Assembly (NCBI GenBank): GCA_964413085.1 | Contig: CAYPRI010000001.1 | Location: forward strand, 719-64,718 | DNA length: 64,000 nucleotides | Direction of reading: 5' to 3' | From: an uncultured Dehalococcoidales bacterium | GTDB taxonomy: Bacteria; Chloroflexota; Dehalococcoidia; GIF9; UBA5629 | Shown here: in pieces, positions 31,731 to 41,833 of the stretch | Layout of the letters: each line of letters starts with the position of its first letter | How positions within the stretch are numbered: the first letter of the stretch is position 1 | Notes under the pieces: generated by a model | What the model saw: only the letters and a program-made list of their open reading frames with translations | What the model was told of the DNA's origin: nothing | Database searches by the model: none | Made by a program: the position numbers and the translations under genes

Positions 31731-31880
31731 GTATCTGGTTACACGACTCCCGAGTGGCAGCGGTAACCTTCTGCATTAACACCGTTAAAAATTCCCCCCA
31801 ATATTAACCATTATGGCAGTTTAGCTACTAGAATAGTATAATGCCCATAGTCATGTTTGTAGATAAACGGTTGAATATAA

Positions 31881-33206
31881 ATGCGCCAGGACGATATATC
31901 CAAGCTATGCTTGTTTCCATTAACGACGAAAGTTGACGCTCGGGACCGCCTTCATATCGGCGGCTGCGACTGCGTTGCGCTATGTAAGAAATTCGGCACC
32001 CCTCTCTATGTCTTCGATGAAGATACCATCCGTTCCCGGTGCCGGGAGTTCAAGGTTGAGTTCACCAAGCGCTATTCAGACACAGCAGTTCTATACGCCT
32101 CAAAGGCATTCCTGAACAAGACTCTGGCTAATATCCTAATGGAAGAAAGCTTGGGACTCGATGTCGTCTCAGGCGGAGAGTTGAGCCTGGCACAATCGGT
32201 TAACTTCCCCCAGGAAAGCGTATATTTCCATGGAAATAATAAGACCGCAGATGAGTTAAAACTGGCTTTGGATTGGGGGATTGGTCGGATAGTAGTCGAT
32301 AACTTACATGAGCTGGAACTGCTCAATTCGCTGGCCGGAGGCAGGAGTGTAAGAAAAAATATACTGCTCCGTGTCAATCCGGGAGTCGACCCGCACACTC
32401 ACCGCTATACCACTACCGGTATCGTAGACAGCAAGTTTGGCCTTCAGCTAGCCAACGGCCAGGCTGAGGAGGCCGCAGCCACTGCTATTGCGGCCTCCAA
32501 TCTCAACCTTATTGGCCTTCATTGTCACCTGGGCTCGCCAATAGCTGAGACTTCCCCCTACGAAGCGGCCATAGACCTGATATTTAAGCTAGCCGCGGAC
32601 TTAAAGGCCAGGCACGGTTTTATCATGAAGGAATTCAGCTGTGGCGGCGGCTTCGCCGTAAGGTATACCAAGGAACAGCAGGTGCCAGACACGGCCGTTT
32701 ACGCTGAAGCTATAACCGCCCGTATTGCCGCTCTGGTAAAAAAGCTCGGCTTGTTCCAACCTAAATTAATCATAGAGCCTGGTAGGGCCATTGTGGCGCA
32801 GGCCGGTGTTGCATTATATACGGTTGGTTCCACAAAAGAGATACCGGGAGTGCGGAAATACGTTTGTGTTGATGGGGGGATGGGAGATAACATCCGTCCT
32901 GCCCTGTACGAAGCCAGGTATGAAGCTCTGGTGGCCAATAAGGCCAGCCACGAGGAGTCGGCAAAGGTTACCATTGCTGGCAAATATTGCGAGTCAGGCG
33001 ATATTCTGGCCAGAGACGTCATTTTGGCCCCTGTATCCACAGGCGATATAATAGCCATCCCTGTAAACGGTGCTTACTCCATCCCCATGTCGAGTAACTA
33101 CAACTTGGTCCCCAGGCCGGCTATTGTTATGGTCAAGGACGGCAAGGCACACCTCATACGAAAGCGCGAGTCATACAGGGACCTGATGAGATTGGACGTA
33201 ACTTAA
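31881..33206 (+). CDS. lysA: Diaminopimelate decarboxylase (PLP-dependent, fold III).
   Basis: GTPLYVFDE N-terminal motif, HCHLGS and the CESGD C-terminal motif. Confidence 0.8.
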   Translation: MRQDDISKLCLFPLTTKVDARDRLHIGGCDCVALCKKFGTPLYVFDEDTIRSRCREFKVEFTKRYSDTAVLYASKAFLNKTLANILMEESLGLDVVSGGELSLAQSVNFPQESVYFHGNNKTADELKLALDWGIGRIVVDNLHELELLNSLAGGRSVRKNILLRVNPGVDPHTHRYTTTGIVDSKFGLQLANGQAEEAAATAIAASNLNLIGLHCHLGSPIAETSPYEAAIDLIFKLAADLKARHGFIMKEFSCGGGFAVRYTKEQQVPDTAVYAEAITARIAALVKKLGLFQPKLIIEPGRAIVAQAGVALYTVGSTKEIPGVRKYVCVDGGMGDNIRPALYEARYEALVANKASHEESAKVTIAGKYCESGDILARDVILAPVSTGDIIAIPVNGAYSIPMSSNYNLVPRPAIVMVKDGKAHLIRKRESYRDLMRLDVT

Positions 33207-33212
33207 GAATAT

Positions 33213-34247
33213 ATGTGGAAAACTATTGGGCAACCCGAAGCTTTAGCATTAATTAAACACAGTTGCCGGGCCGGCAATCTGGCTCATGCATACCTGTTGG
33301 TGGGAGCACCGCACATAGGTAAGATGACCCTGGCTCTCGACATCGCCCGTGCCTTGAACTGTGAAGTAAAGGACGCACCGTGCGGGGAATGCCAGTCGTG
33401 CAGGAGAATTTTTGAGGGCAAGCACGCGGATATTAGAGTCGTCAGCTTGAACTCGGTCAGAGATTCAGCAGACATGAAGGCACGGGTTGAGATCGGTATC
33501 GATGACATCAGGGACCTGCAGCATAATGCCAGCCTGCCGCCTTTCGAAGGTAAATACAAGGTATTCATCATTGATGGGGCTGAGTATATGTCTACCGAGG
33601 CCGCAAATTGCTTACTCAAAACAATTGAAGAGCCGCCACCACAGGTCATCATACTAATTTTAACGGCAGAAGAGTCACGACTACTGCCCACCGTGGTATC
33701 ACGGTGCCAGCGCCTGGAATTGAAGCCGATGCTGGCCAAGGAAATAGAAAAAATACTTACAGAATCGTACGGAGTTGACGCCCATAAAGCCGACCTGCTC
33801 GCTCGATTATCTCAAGGCTGCTTAGGTTGCGCTTTGACCTTTTCTGCAGATAATAGTTATTTATCTCAGCGAAACCAAAGACTTGATGAGATGATTGCCT
33901 TGCTAACCGCAGGCTGGCAAGAACGTTTCACACATGCTGCGAAGCTAAGTAGTGAGCGTAGATCGGCAGAAGACATAATTAGACTGTGGCTGATGTGGTG
34001 GCGTGACGTGATGCTGATTAAATGCAGGTGCAAACAATCTATCATAAATATTGATTATATACCTGTACTTGAACAGTGGGGCGAGTTGCTGAGTTTGTCT
34101 GAGATCAGGAATTTCATCGATTCACTACAAAGGTCGTTAAATCAAATAGCTCTAAATGCTAACCTGCGTTTAATTTTCGAGATACTGATGCTCGATATAC
34201 CTAGAAAGGAGAAGGCAACGGAAATTGCGTCCGTGCCTATTAAATAA
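33213..34247 (+). CDS. holB: DNA polymerase III delta' subunit.
   Basis: AAA+ clamp-loader fold with a zinc module (CGECQSCRR); followed by yaaT. Confidence 0.8.
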   Translation: MWKTIGQPEALALIKHSCRAGNLAHAYLLVGAPHIGKMTLALDIARALNCEVKDAPCGECQSCRRIFEGKHADIRVVSLNSVRDSADMKARVEIGIDDIRDLQHNASLPPFEGKYKVFIIDGAEYMSTEAANCLLKTIEEPPPQVIILILTAEESRLLPTVVSRCQRLELKPMLAKEIEKILTESYGVDAHKADLLARLSQGCLGCALTFSADNSYLSQRNQRLDEMIALLTAGWQERFTHAAKLSSERRSAEDIIRLWLMWWRDVMLIKCRCKQSIINIDYIPVLEQWGELLSLSEIRNFIDSLQRSLNQIALNANLRLIFEILMLDIPRKEKATEIASVPIK

Positions 34248-34249
34248 TT

Positions 34250-35092
34250 ATGTCACAAACATTGGGAATTCGCCTGCAGTCTGTTGGCAAAGTCTACTAC
34301 TATGACGATGCAGATATTCCTCTTAAAGTAGACGATGATGTCGTGGTTGAGACCAGCCGCGGTCATGAACTGGGTAAGGTGGTAATTGCTCCGAAACAGG
34401 TCATACACGATGAAATAACGGAGCCTCTGAAACCAATCATCCGCAAAGCGCTTCCCGAGGATATAGAAAGAGCCAGTCGGCAGCATGAGCGGGCAAAAAA
34501 CGCCTTAGCTAAATCCCGAGAGTTGATTGAAAATCTCAATCTGCCGATGAAGCCGATATCAGCTCAATATAATCTTGATGGGAGCCACCTAACTATTTTC
34601 TTCAGTGCCGAAAAAAGAGTCGATTTCCGTGAGCTTGTTCGCGAGTTAAGCCGGAGCCTTAAGACACGCGTCGAACTGAGACAGGTCGGAGCCAGAGATG
34701 AGGCAAAGCTAGTCGGTGGCCTGGGTAAATGTGGTTGTGCACTCTGCTGTACCACCTTTCTGAACGAATTCGCCCCGGTCTCAATTAAAATGGCAAAGGA
34801 ACAGGATATTACACTCAACCCCATGAAGACATCAGGTATCTGCGGACGGCTACTTTGCTGTCTCGGCTACGAATACGAGCAATACCGGTCGACCAAAGAA
34901 AAAATGCCGGCATTGAGGCAAGAAGTGTCTACCGCGCTTGGCAATGCGAAAGTTGTGAGCTGTAATCCGATTAAAGAGACCGTCACCGTAGAACTGGAAA
35001 CGGGAGTGACGGTAGAACTATCTTTGAACCAGATAAAGTGGCAACCAAAGTCAGAGGGTGACAGCCAGCCGACAACAGCCCAGGTTCACTGA
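34250..35092 (+). CDS. ricT: PSP1 C-terminal-domain protein (YaaT/RicT family).
   Basis: Cys-rich PSP1 domain (GKCGCALCC...CGRLLCC); conserved holB-yaaT pairing. Confidence 0.8.
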   Translation: MSQTLGIRLQSVGKVYYYDDADIPLKVDDDVVVETSRGHELGKVVIAPKQVIHDEITEPLKPIIRKALPEDIERASRQHERAKNALAKSRELIENLNLPMKPISAQYNLDGSHLTIFFSAEKRVDFRELVRELSRSLKTRVELRQVGARDEAKLVGGLGKCGCALCCTTFLNEFAPVSIKMAKEQDITLNPMKTSGICGRLLCCLGYEYEQYRSTKEKMPALRQEVSTALGNAKVVSCNPIKETVTVELETGVTVELSLNQIKWQPKSEGDSQPTTAQVH

Positions 35093-35589
35093 GGCACATA
35101 TTTTTGCCACTCACTATGGACACGCAAGTACTGGAATGGCACGTAGAAACCATCACTGCGTGGTGGTTTTGGTGGACGGAGGAGAGGCATCCCAGCTTCA
35201 GTCGGTGTTCTCCCAGCTTTACGCCGGTTGCACGGTATACAGGCGCTTACTATATTTTCCCAGCTGTGCTGGCCCCCGCGTCTCCGCGGCGTGACATGGT
35301 CTAAAGTTAATTCCTTATCTTGCCTGCCGCAGTACTGGCAAATATACTGGTCACGATTAAACACCTCGAGCTTGGTCAATTTCCGCTGCTGTCTGGGTCT
35401 CTTGATGAAATAACCAAGTCTAATCACCGACGGGATATCAAAGATACCTTCCATGGAGTGAAGGCTTCCGCGCCCGTTTTCCAGTACCTCAGCTTTACCG
35501 CGAAATAGCAGTATTATGGCCCGGCGCACTCTGCATATATTCAGCGGCTCATAATTTTGGTTAAGCACTAATACTGGTGAATTTACCAC
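35086..35589 (-). CDS. HNH endonuclease.
   Basis: CQYCGR...LDHVTPRRRGG...NIVSACIPCNRRK. Its 3' end overlaps convergent yaaT by 7 bp. Confidence 0.75.
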   Translation of the reverse strand: MVNSPVLVLNQNYEPLNICRVRRAIILLFRGKAEVLENGRGSLHSMEGIFDIPSVIRLGYFIKRPRQQRKLTKLEVFNRDQYICQYCGRQDKELTLDHVTPRRRGGQHSWENIVSACIPCNRRKAGRTPTEAGMPLLRPPKPPRSDGFYVPFQYLRVHSEWQKYVPQ

Positions 35590-35654
35590 AATGCTTCCCC
35601 GGGTAATTTTGGTTATTTTAGCAAGAAAATGACTGGTCTACAAATACCGGGAGA

Positions 35655-37079
35655 TTAGCGATTTCGCCGCGGATAACGTGGCTGGGCCTTGGTTTCACGA
35701 GCTCTGGTAGCTTTTATGTCGCCTCTATAATCAGGAGCATTGATTCTCAAAACCAGGCTGAGGCTGGGATCGACCATGCGGGAACTGATACGGCTTTCAA
35801 TTTCATCCAACGACAGGCAGGTGGTAATTACGGTAGCCAATCTGGCATTATAACGATAGTTTATTAATTGATACAGCTTCTCTTGTGCCCAGGAAGTGGC
35901 CGACTGTTCACCAAAATCATCTAAAATGAGTACGGGGGTCTTTTTTATTTTTTCGAAGAGCTCATCGTATGATACCCGGCTCTCCGGATTAAACGTCGAG
36001 CGCAGATAATCCAGCAGGTCCGTAACCACAATGAACAGGACCGATTTGCCTTCTCGGCGTAAATAGTTGGCTATGGCGGCGGCCAGATGTGTTTTGCCAC
36101 AGCCGTTTATACCCATGAAAACCAACCAACCTTCCGGAGACTTGGCAAAATTGACGGCATTACGGTAAGCCTGTTCCAGGCTCTGTCGCTCCTCGGGCGA
36201 CACGTTAGATAACTTATAATCAAAATTAGTGAAAGCTTTCCTGCTTAACGCCTCTAACTCTATGCTGCCTAAATGCTCCAGCACCAGGGTTGACTTTCCC
36301 CTAATTACATAGATACTGCTAATTTCAGAATCCGCTAGATGGCCCCGCAAACTCTCGTCAAACTCTTCAACGGAGGTATCGGTTGTGATAACCGTAGGCA
36401 GGCGCATATTAAAACGATAGTCTAATAACTGCTCCAATTTACCTTTAGCCCAGGGCGTTGTAGCCGTCATGGTCAAATCGTCAAGAATCAGAAGAGGTGT
36501 ATTTCTCACCCGCTCAAATAATTCATCGTAAGCAATTTCACTGCTGGGACTGAAAGTGCTACGCAGGTGGTCCAGCAGGTCGGCCGCACCTATATAAAAT
36601 ACCGGATGGCCCAGATTCAGCCTTTGATTAGCTATGGCGCAAGCTAAATGTGTTTTGCCAGAACCATTCGGCCCTACTAATACCAACCACCCCTTTGGGT
36701 CACTGGCAAAAGCTTTGGCAGCTTCATAGGCTCGGTTGAAATTCTGTTGCAAGACAGCATCTTCGTACCTGCCAGTCGGAACCAGGTTGTCGAAGCTGAG
36801 GCGAGATAGAGCCCCAAGATTACTGAACTGTTGAAGCTGGCTAAGCTTTTCCTTTTTCAGTCCCTTGCGGCTGCACTGGCAGGGCACGACCTGACTGTAG
36901 TCAGGCTGGCCTGACACACCCAAAGGATGTATGAAACCAGCTCCCTTGCATATCGGGCAGGTAGAATCAGGTGAATTACTCTCCCCTGATTCACCCTTTG
37001 ACCATGTGTCCGTACTTGCCTCTGATGTACTTTTCCCGGTCTGTCTTCTTTTCAGTATCTCCCCTAAACTTTCCATCAC
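35655..37079 (-). CDS. Tandem-duplicated DnaC/DnaI-like AAA+ helicase-loader protein with an N-terminal Cys cluster.
   Basis: Two complete IstB/DnaC-like modules (GPNGSGKTHLACAIAN...LLILDDL and GINGCGKTHLAAAIAN...VLILDDF) plus an N-terminal CPICKGAGF...CQC. Its 5' end overlaps the DnaD-like ORF by 89 nt, so the true start is probably downstream. Confidence 0.65.
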   Translation of the reverse strand: MMESLGEILKRRQTGKSTSEASTDTWSKGESGESNSPDSTCPICKGAGFIHPLGVSGQPDYSQVVPCQCSRKGLKKEKLSQLQQFSNLGALSRLSFDNLVPTGRYEDAVLQQNFNRAYEAAKAFASDPKGWLVLVGPNGSGKTHLACAIANQRLNLGHPVFYIGAADLLDHLRSTFSPSSEIAYDELFERVRNTPLLILDDLTMTATTPWAKGKLEQLLDYRFNMRLPTVITTDTSVEEFDESLRGHLADSEISSIYVIRGKSTLVLEHLGSIELEALSRKAFTNFDYKLSNVSPEERQSLEQAYRNAVNFAKSPEGWLVFMGINGCGKTHLAAAIANYLRREGKSVLFIVVTDLLDYLRSTFNPESRVSYDELFEKIKKTPVLILDDFGEQSATSWAQEKLYQLINYRYNARLATVITTCLSLDEIESRISSRMVDPSLSLVLRINAPDYRGDIKATRARETKAQPRYPRRNR

Positions 37080-37710
37080 CTTTACCTTCGATAGACCATC
37101 GTTCCAAAATGCGCAGAATATACCTCCAGTTGCGCTTATTTAAAGATGCCGCCTCCTTAAATGCAGCTTCAATCCAATCTGGCGGATAAAGACGTTCGGC
37201 CTCTTGAAGCTGTTCGGCAATCAACGGTGTAAGCATACCAATATTCCGTTCATAGAGGCTAAAAATGTCTTTTAGCACGGTTGGTTTTATATCTCTCTCA
37301 GCAGGCGCTGGAGACAAGTGAGGTATTTGCCCCTGCTGGATTTTACGGATTGCCTCTCTGCTGGCTTCGTTATTAATGAAATAGACGTCCTCAGGTTGCC
37401 CGGCTTTGTCTATTTTTACAGACAACATTATGCCTTTCTGGACGGCCTGTTGCAGCGCTTGGCGGAGTGCCTCTTCTTTAGTGACACCCGAAGCTGCTAA
37501 ACCGGTAGCCAGTACCGGGTCAGCCAGTAACTCGGTTTCGGTTATGAACTGCGGGTAGCCACGCCTGCGGCTGAGCAGCCAGAAAATATGCAGCACCGTC
37601 TTAAGCTCTGCCGTACTGCTTATCTGCGGCATGACCTCGGTGAAGAATAGATTAGGCACGGGAGTAACCTCGGCTCCTGAAGGAAAACCAGTGAACTTTC
37701 TCTCGTTCAT
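36991..37710 (-). CDS. DnaD-domain replication initiation protein.
   Basis: C-terminal DDBH2-like motif (NWRYILRILERWSIEG). Confidence 0.6.
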   Translation of the reverse strand: MNERKFTGFPSGAEVTPVPNLFFTEVMPQISSTAELKTVLHIFWLLSRRRGYPQFITETELLADPVLATGLAASGVTKEEALRQALQQAVQKGIMLSVKIDKAGQPEDVYFINNEASREAIRKIQQGQIPHLSPAPAERDIKPTVLKDIFSLYERNIGMLTPLIAEQLQEAERLYPPDWIEAAFKEAASLNKRNWRYILRILERWSIEGKGDGKFRGDTEKKTDREKYIRGKYGHMVKG

Positions 37711-37730
37711 GATTGTTAGCTTGAGTGATT

Positions 37731-39101
37731 TTAAGCGGCGCTTAACTCAGATTCTAAATCTTCGAACTTTGCCGTTTTTGAAATAAATCGCAATTTAACT
37801 TCACCCGTCGGGCCATTTCTATGTTTAGCAATAATGACATCGGCAATACCTCTAGGATAAGGCTCAACCTCTATGTCATGCTCCTTCTTCCAGTCCTCCT
37901 CCTTAACGTGCATTTCCTCTCGATAAATGAAAATTACCACGTCTGCATCCTGTTCAATGCTGCCGCTTTCCCTGAGGTCGGATAGTTGTGGTCTGTGAGA
38001 TGCACGAAACTCGACTGCACGGCTAAGCTGAGAGATAGCCAGCACCGGTGCGTTTATCTCACGAGCCAGTGCTTTGAGAGAACGCGTTATTTCACTGACC
38101 TCCTGCACCCTGCTATCACTCCTGACCCCTCCCTGAATCAGTTGTAGATAATCAACAACAACCAGGTCAACGTTACGCTCGAAATGAAGACGCCGTGCCT
38201 TGCTCCTCATTTCCACAACACGCAGTTGCGGCGAATCGTCAATGTAGATCGGCAGTTCTGACAGAATGCCGCTCGCCTCCATAATCCTTCTCTCTTCTCT
38301 TTCCGTATACGTCCCAAGACGGACACTTCTGGAATCTACATTGGCCTCGTTGGACAGGAGACGCTGGACGACCGCCTGCCGGGACATTTCCAGACTAAAC
38401 AGAGCAACACAGGCTCGCTGATTAATAGCAGTATTTCTAACGATATTAAGTGCCAGGCTGGTCTTGCCTACACTTGGCCTCGCTGCTAAAACGACCAAGT
38501 CAGAACGCTGTAATCCGCCAAGAAAATCATCAACGGCAATAAAGTTAGTGAGAATATGTGGAATTGCCTCTCCTTTAGTCTCAGTTGGTCCGGCTTCTTC
38601 AAAATATTGTCCCAGGACCTGGCGTATAGGCACAAAATCCTGCCGACTGCGCCGTTGCCTCACCTTAAACAGGATATCTTCAGCCCTCCCCAGGGCACCG
38701 TCAACCTCAGCATCGGCTTCATAACCGATAGCTGTTATTTGACTGCCAGCGCTTATAAGACGCCTCATTATGGCCAGTCTGGACACTATTTGTGCGTAAT
38801 ACTCGATATGGAGAGACGTTGGCACAGTTGAAACCAGATGGCTTAAATATGCAGCGCCGCCAACTTCCTCCAATTTACCTTGTTGAGCCAACTCACGGGC
38901 CACGGTTATTTGATTTATGCCCTCATTACGCTCGTACAGGGTAAAACAGGCATCGTATACCGCCTGGTTTTCAGGATTGAAGAAATCCTCCGGCGCCAGG
39001 AAAGTGGCGACCTTAAATATACCCTCGCTATCAATGAGCATAGAGCCAAGGACTGCTTTTTCGGCTTCAATATCATGAGGCGGCAAATTCTCGCTAATCA
39101 T
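37731..39101 (-). CDS. dnaB: Replicative DNA helicase DnaB.
   Basis: Walker A ([13 protein letters not shown]) and a RecA-like C-terminal domain; N-terminal domain present. Confidence 0.9.
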   Translation of the reverse strand: MISENLPPHDIEAEKAVLGSMLIDSEGIFKVATFLAPEDFFNPENQAVYDACFTLYERNEGINQITVARELAQQGKLEEVGGAAYLSHLVSTVPTSLHIEYYAQIVSRLAIMRRLISAGSQITAIGYEADAEVDGALGRAEDILFKVRQRRSRQDFVPIRQVLGQYFEEAGPTETKGEAIPHILTNFIAVDDFLGGLQRSDLVVLAARPSVGKTSLALNIVRNTAINQRACVALFSLEMSRQAVVQRLLSNEANVDSRSVRLGTYTEREERRIMEASGILSELPIYIDDSPQLRVVEMRSKARRLHFERNVDLVVVDYLQLIQGGVRSDSRVQEVSEITRSLKALAREINAPVLAISQLSRAVEFRASHRPQLSDLRESGSIEQDADVVIFIYREEMHVKEEDWKKEHDIEVEPYPRGIADVIIAKHRNGPTGEVKLRFISKTAKFEDLESELSAA

Positions 39102-39546
39102 CTGAGGTTTGTTCTTCTATAATTACCTTTATTTTTGCCTGAGTACCTGTGCCGATGTTAACTACCACTTCATGTTCACCAAGTTGGTGCAGTGGCTCCA
39201 TATCAACTTTTTTCTTATCAATTTCCAGACCGGTTATCCGGGAAAGCTCTTCCGCTATATTGGCGCTGGTAATAGAGCCATGAAGGCGGCCTTTAGCGCC
39301 CGCTTTGGCTTTGAAGCGCAGTTCTTTGCCTTCGAGCTCACCGGCTATTTGACTTTGCTCTTCTTGCTGACGAGCCTGATGCTCAACCTTCTTTTCTAAT
39401 AGTAGCTTGGCTTCTTTCTCAGCTGCAGGGGTGGCCGGTAAAGCCATGCCCTTTGGAAAGAGATAATTTCTGGCATATCCGTCAGCCACCTCTTTTATTT
39501 CGCCCTTCCTGCCTTTGGCTACGTCAGTTAGAAAAATGACCTTCAT
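39094..39546 (-). CDS. rplI: 50S ribosomal protein L9.
   Basis: [29 protein letters not shown]. Confidence 0.85.
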   Translation of the reverse strand: MKVIFLTDVAKGRKGEIKEVADGYARNYLFPKGMALPATPAAEKEAKLLLEKKVEHQARQQEEQSQIAGELEGKELRFKAKAGAKGRLHGSITSANIAEELSRITGLEIDKKKVDMEPLHQLGEHEVVVNIGTGTQAKIKVIIEEQTSDD

Positions 39547-39720
39547 GCGGCATCCTCCGTTAAACCTGGGATTTTATCACCATTTTGATGTTTTCGTTCT
39601 GTACGGCCTATTCTATAATTTCTACAAAAATAATGCTCGTTACAACCAAAGGTAATTCAGGCCGGAAACCAAAAAATTTTTAATAATTGGCCGGAGGCAA
39701 GCCTGATAACATCGCCTCTA

Positions 39721-40905
39721 CTACGGCTTTTCGAATTCATCCTTTACTCTGTTAAGAACCTGGGAATCTCCGAGCAGGTCGGCGACCGTCATAGCTAGGG
39801 CCTTGGCCGCATCCATCATACCATTATGCCCAGATTCCGAGGCTGCAGCCGCGGCAAATTCAGCGGAATGCAGCAGTATGCTTGACGGAACTATAGCCAC
39901 GGAAGGATGAATAGCAGGCACAACCTGACTGACATTACCCATATCTGTGCTGCCGAAGTCGAAGTAAGTATTAAGAGGTTCGACCTTACGACCTAAATAT
40001 TCAAGATTCCGCGCAAACAATTCTGCCAGGACTAAATTATTTTTCATAGGTTGATATAAAACATCAGCCCATTTGTAATCGAGGCGCGCGCCGGTAGCCA
40101 GCGCAGCCCCTTCAAAACAGTTTAAGACCCTGCCCTTTAATTCTTCGAGATAAGCATTATCGACGGCGCGAATAAGGAAGCTGGCTGCAGAATGTGCAGG
40201 CACAACGTTGGCTGCGTCACCGCCGTGTGTAATTATGCCATGAATTCGTGCGCTATCTTTAATATGCTGTCGCAACGAATTTATGGCGCTAAACGATAGA
40301 ATCATAGCTTCGAGTGCGTTTATACCCTTGTCAGGATAAGCAGCAGCATGTACAGCCCTACCAAAAAATTGCACGTCTATCCCAATACACGCCAGAGCCT
40401 GGTTCGTAGCAGCATCCCGTAGTCCTGGATGTACTATCATTGCGGCATCCACCTCGTTGAAAACACCCGCCTTTGCCAATAAAATCTTACCTCCAAGCAG
40501 TTCTTCGGCAGGTGTCCCAAAAACGACAACTGTACCGCCAAAGTTGTCAACGGCTAATTTGCCAGCAACACCAGCCCCGGTTGAGGAAGCAGCGATTATG
40601 TTATGCCCGCAGGCGTGCCCCATTTCAGGCAGCGCGTCGTACTCAGCAAGCAGTGCAATTATAGGTTTTCTACTGCCGTAGATGGCTTTAAAAGCGGTAG
40701 TTAAACCACCGATGCACTTCTCAATACGAAAACTATTCTCTGAAAGGTAACTGGTAAGCAGGTTTAAAGCTTTTTCCTCCTTGAAACCGGGCTCAGGATT
40801 ACGATGTATATTAAGGCTCAGTTCAATGAGTTGCCGGCGCTGCTCTTCTACCCGTCTGATTATCTCAGCTTTAAGTTCCGTTTTATCCAGAGCTTGATTT
40901 GCCAC
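39721..40905 (-). CDS. M20-family amidohydrolase (aminoacylase/hippurate-hydrolase-like).
   Basis: 394 aa with metal-binding His/Asp/Glu arrangement typical of M20D. Confidence 0.75.
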   Translation of the reverse strand: MANQALDKTELKAEIIRRVEEQRRQLIELSLNIHRNPEPGFKEEKALNLLTSYLSENSFRIEKCIGGLTTAFKAIYGSRKPIIALLAEYDALPEMGHACGHNIIAASSTGAGVAGKLAVDNFGGTVVVFGTPAEELLGGKILLAKAGVFNEVDAAMIVHPGLRDAATNQALACIGIDVQFFGRAVHAAAYPDKGINALEAMILSFSAINSLRQHIKDSARIHGIITHGGDAANVVPAHSAASFLIRAVDNAYLEELKGRVLNCFEGAALATGARLDYKWADVLYQPMKNNLVLAELFARNLEYLGRKVEPLNTYFDFGSTDMGNVSQVVPAIHPSVAIVPSSILLHSAEFAAAAASESGHNGMMDAAKALAMTVADLLGDSQVLNRVKDEFEKP

Positions 40906-41002
40906 TGTTTATCCTGTAATTAGCCATTATACTCCAACCACAAATTGCATTTCACCATACTTAAAGTTGCTGAAAAGGCTTCATCTGGCACGATGCATTA
41001 TC

Positions 41003-41031
41003 TTGACTTGAAATATATCTCAACCTATAAT
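41003..41031 (+). promoter_or_regulatory. Sigma-70-type promoter: TTGACT, 17 nt spacer, TATAAT.
   Basis: Consensus hexamers with a 17-nt spacer, 10 nt upstream of yceD. Confidence 0.5.
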
Positions 41032-41041
41032 TAACCTTGCG

Positions 41042-41539
41042 ATGTCCATAGAAAAAATGCGAATCAATGTGGCCCAATTACTTAAAGAACCTACGGGAGC
41101 CAGCCGTCACTATCGCATAGAAGAATATGTAGGTAAAGACGACATAATCTCGATTGCTGGAGATGTAGTTTTGATCCGTGCCAAAAATGGCATCATTGTC
41201 AGAAGCGAAATGATTGCGTTGATGAACGTTGTTTGCAGTCGTTGCCTTAAACCGGTTAATTACGAGGTAAGCTTTGACTTTGAAGAAGAAGCTCTTCCCT
41301 ATTTACCTGAAGGCCCAGCTTCAGCTGTTCAATATGATAACCTTACTATTGATGAGAACCATATTCTGGACCTAAGTGAGGCGGTTCGCCAATATACTTG
41401 GCTTACCCTGCCCGCAAAACCACTCTGTCGCTCAGATTGCGCTGGTATTTGTCCAACTTGTGGCCGTGACCTTAACCAGGAGCCCTGTCAGTGTCTGTCA
41501 AATACCAAAGATCCACGCTGGTCCAAGCTACCCAGGTGA
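41042..41539 (+). CDS. yceD: YceD/DUF177 protein (large-subunit rRNA accumulation protein).
   Basis: C-terminal CxxC...CxxC; conserved position upstream of rpmF. Confidence 0.75.
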   Translation: MSIEKMRINVAQLLKEPTGASRHYRIEEYVGKDDIISIAGDVVLIRAKNGIIVRSEMIALMNVVCSRCLKPVNYEVSFDFEEEALPYLPEGPASAVQYDNLTIDENHILDLSEAVRQYTWLTLPAKPLCRSDCAGICPTCGRDLNQEPCQCLSNTKDPRWSKLPR

Positions 41540-41557
41540 AAGGAGAATATAAACCAA

Positions 41558-41761
41558 ATGGCGCTACCAAAAAGAAAATATGCCAAAGCGAGACAAGGAA
41601 AAAGGCGGAGTCACCTGGCTTTAAGCCTACCTAAACTGGTAGACTGCCCTCAGTGCCACACTCCCAAATTACCGCACCATGCCTGCCCAACCTGCGGTAC
41701 TTACGACGGTAGGGAAGTAATTGAGATTAAGACCTCGAAGAAGTCTCCTGGCAAGCCGTAA
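41558..41761 (+). CDS. rpmF: 50S ribosomal protein L32.
   Basis: MALPKRKYAKARQGKRRSH with a zinc ribbon (CPQC...CPTCG). Confidence 0.85.
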   Translation: MALPKRKYAKARQGKRRSHLALSLPKLVDCPQCHTPKLPHHACPTCGTYDGREVIEIKTSKKSPGKP

Positions 41762-41833
41762 TTATTTTAAAATAGCTTAAAGAGCTAAACTATAGAAAAT
41801 AGTCTCAAATAGCTGAATGATTAAGGAGGATTC

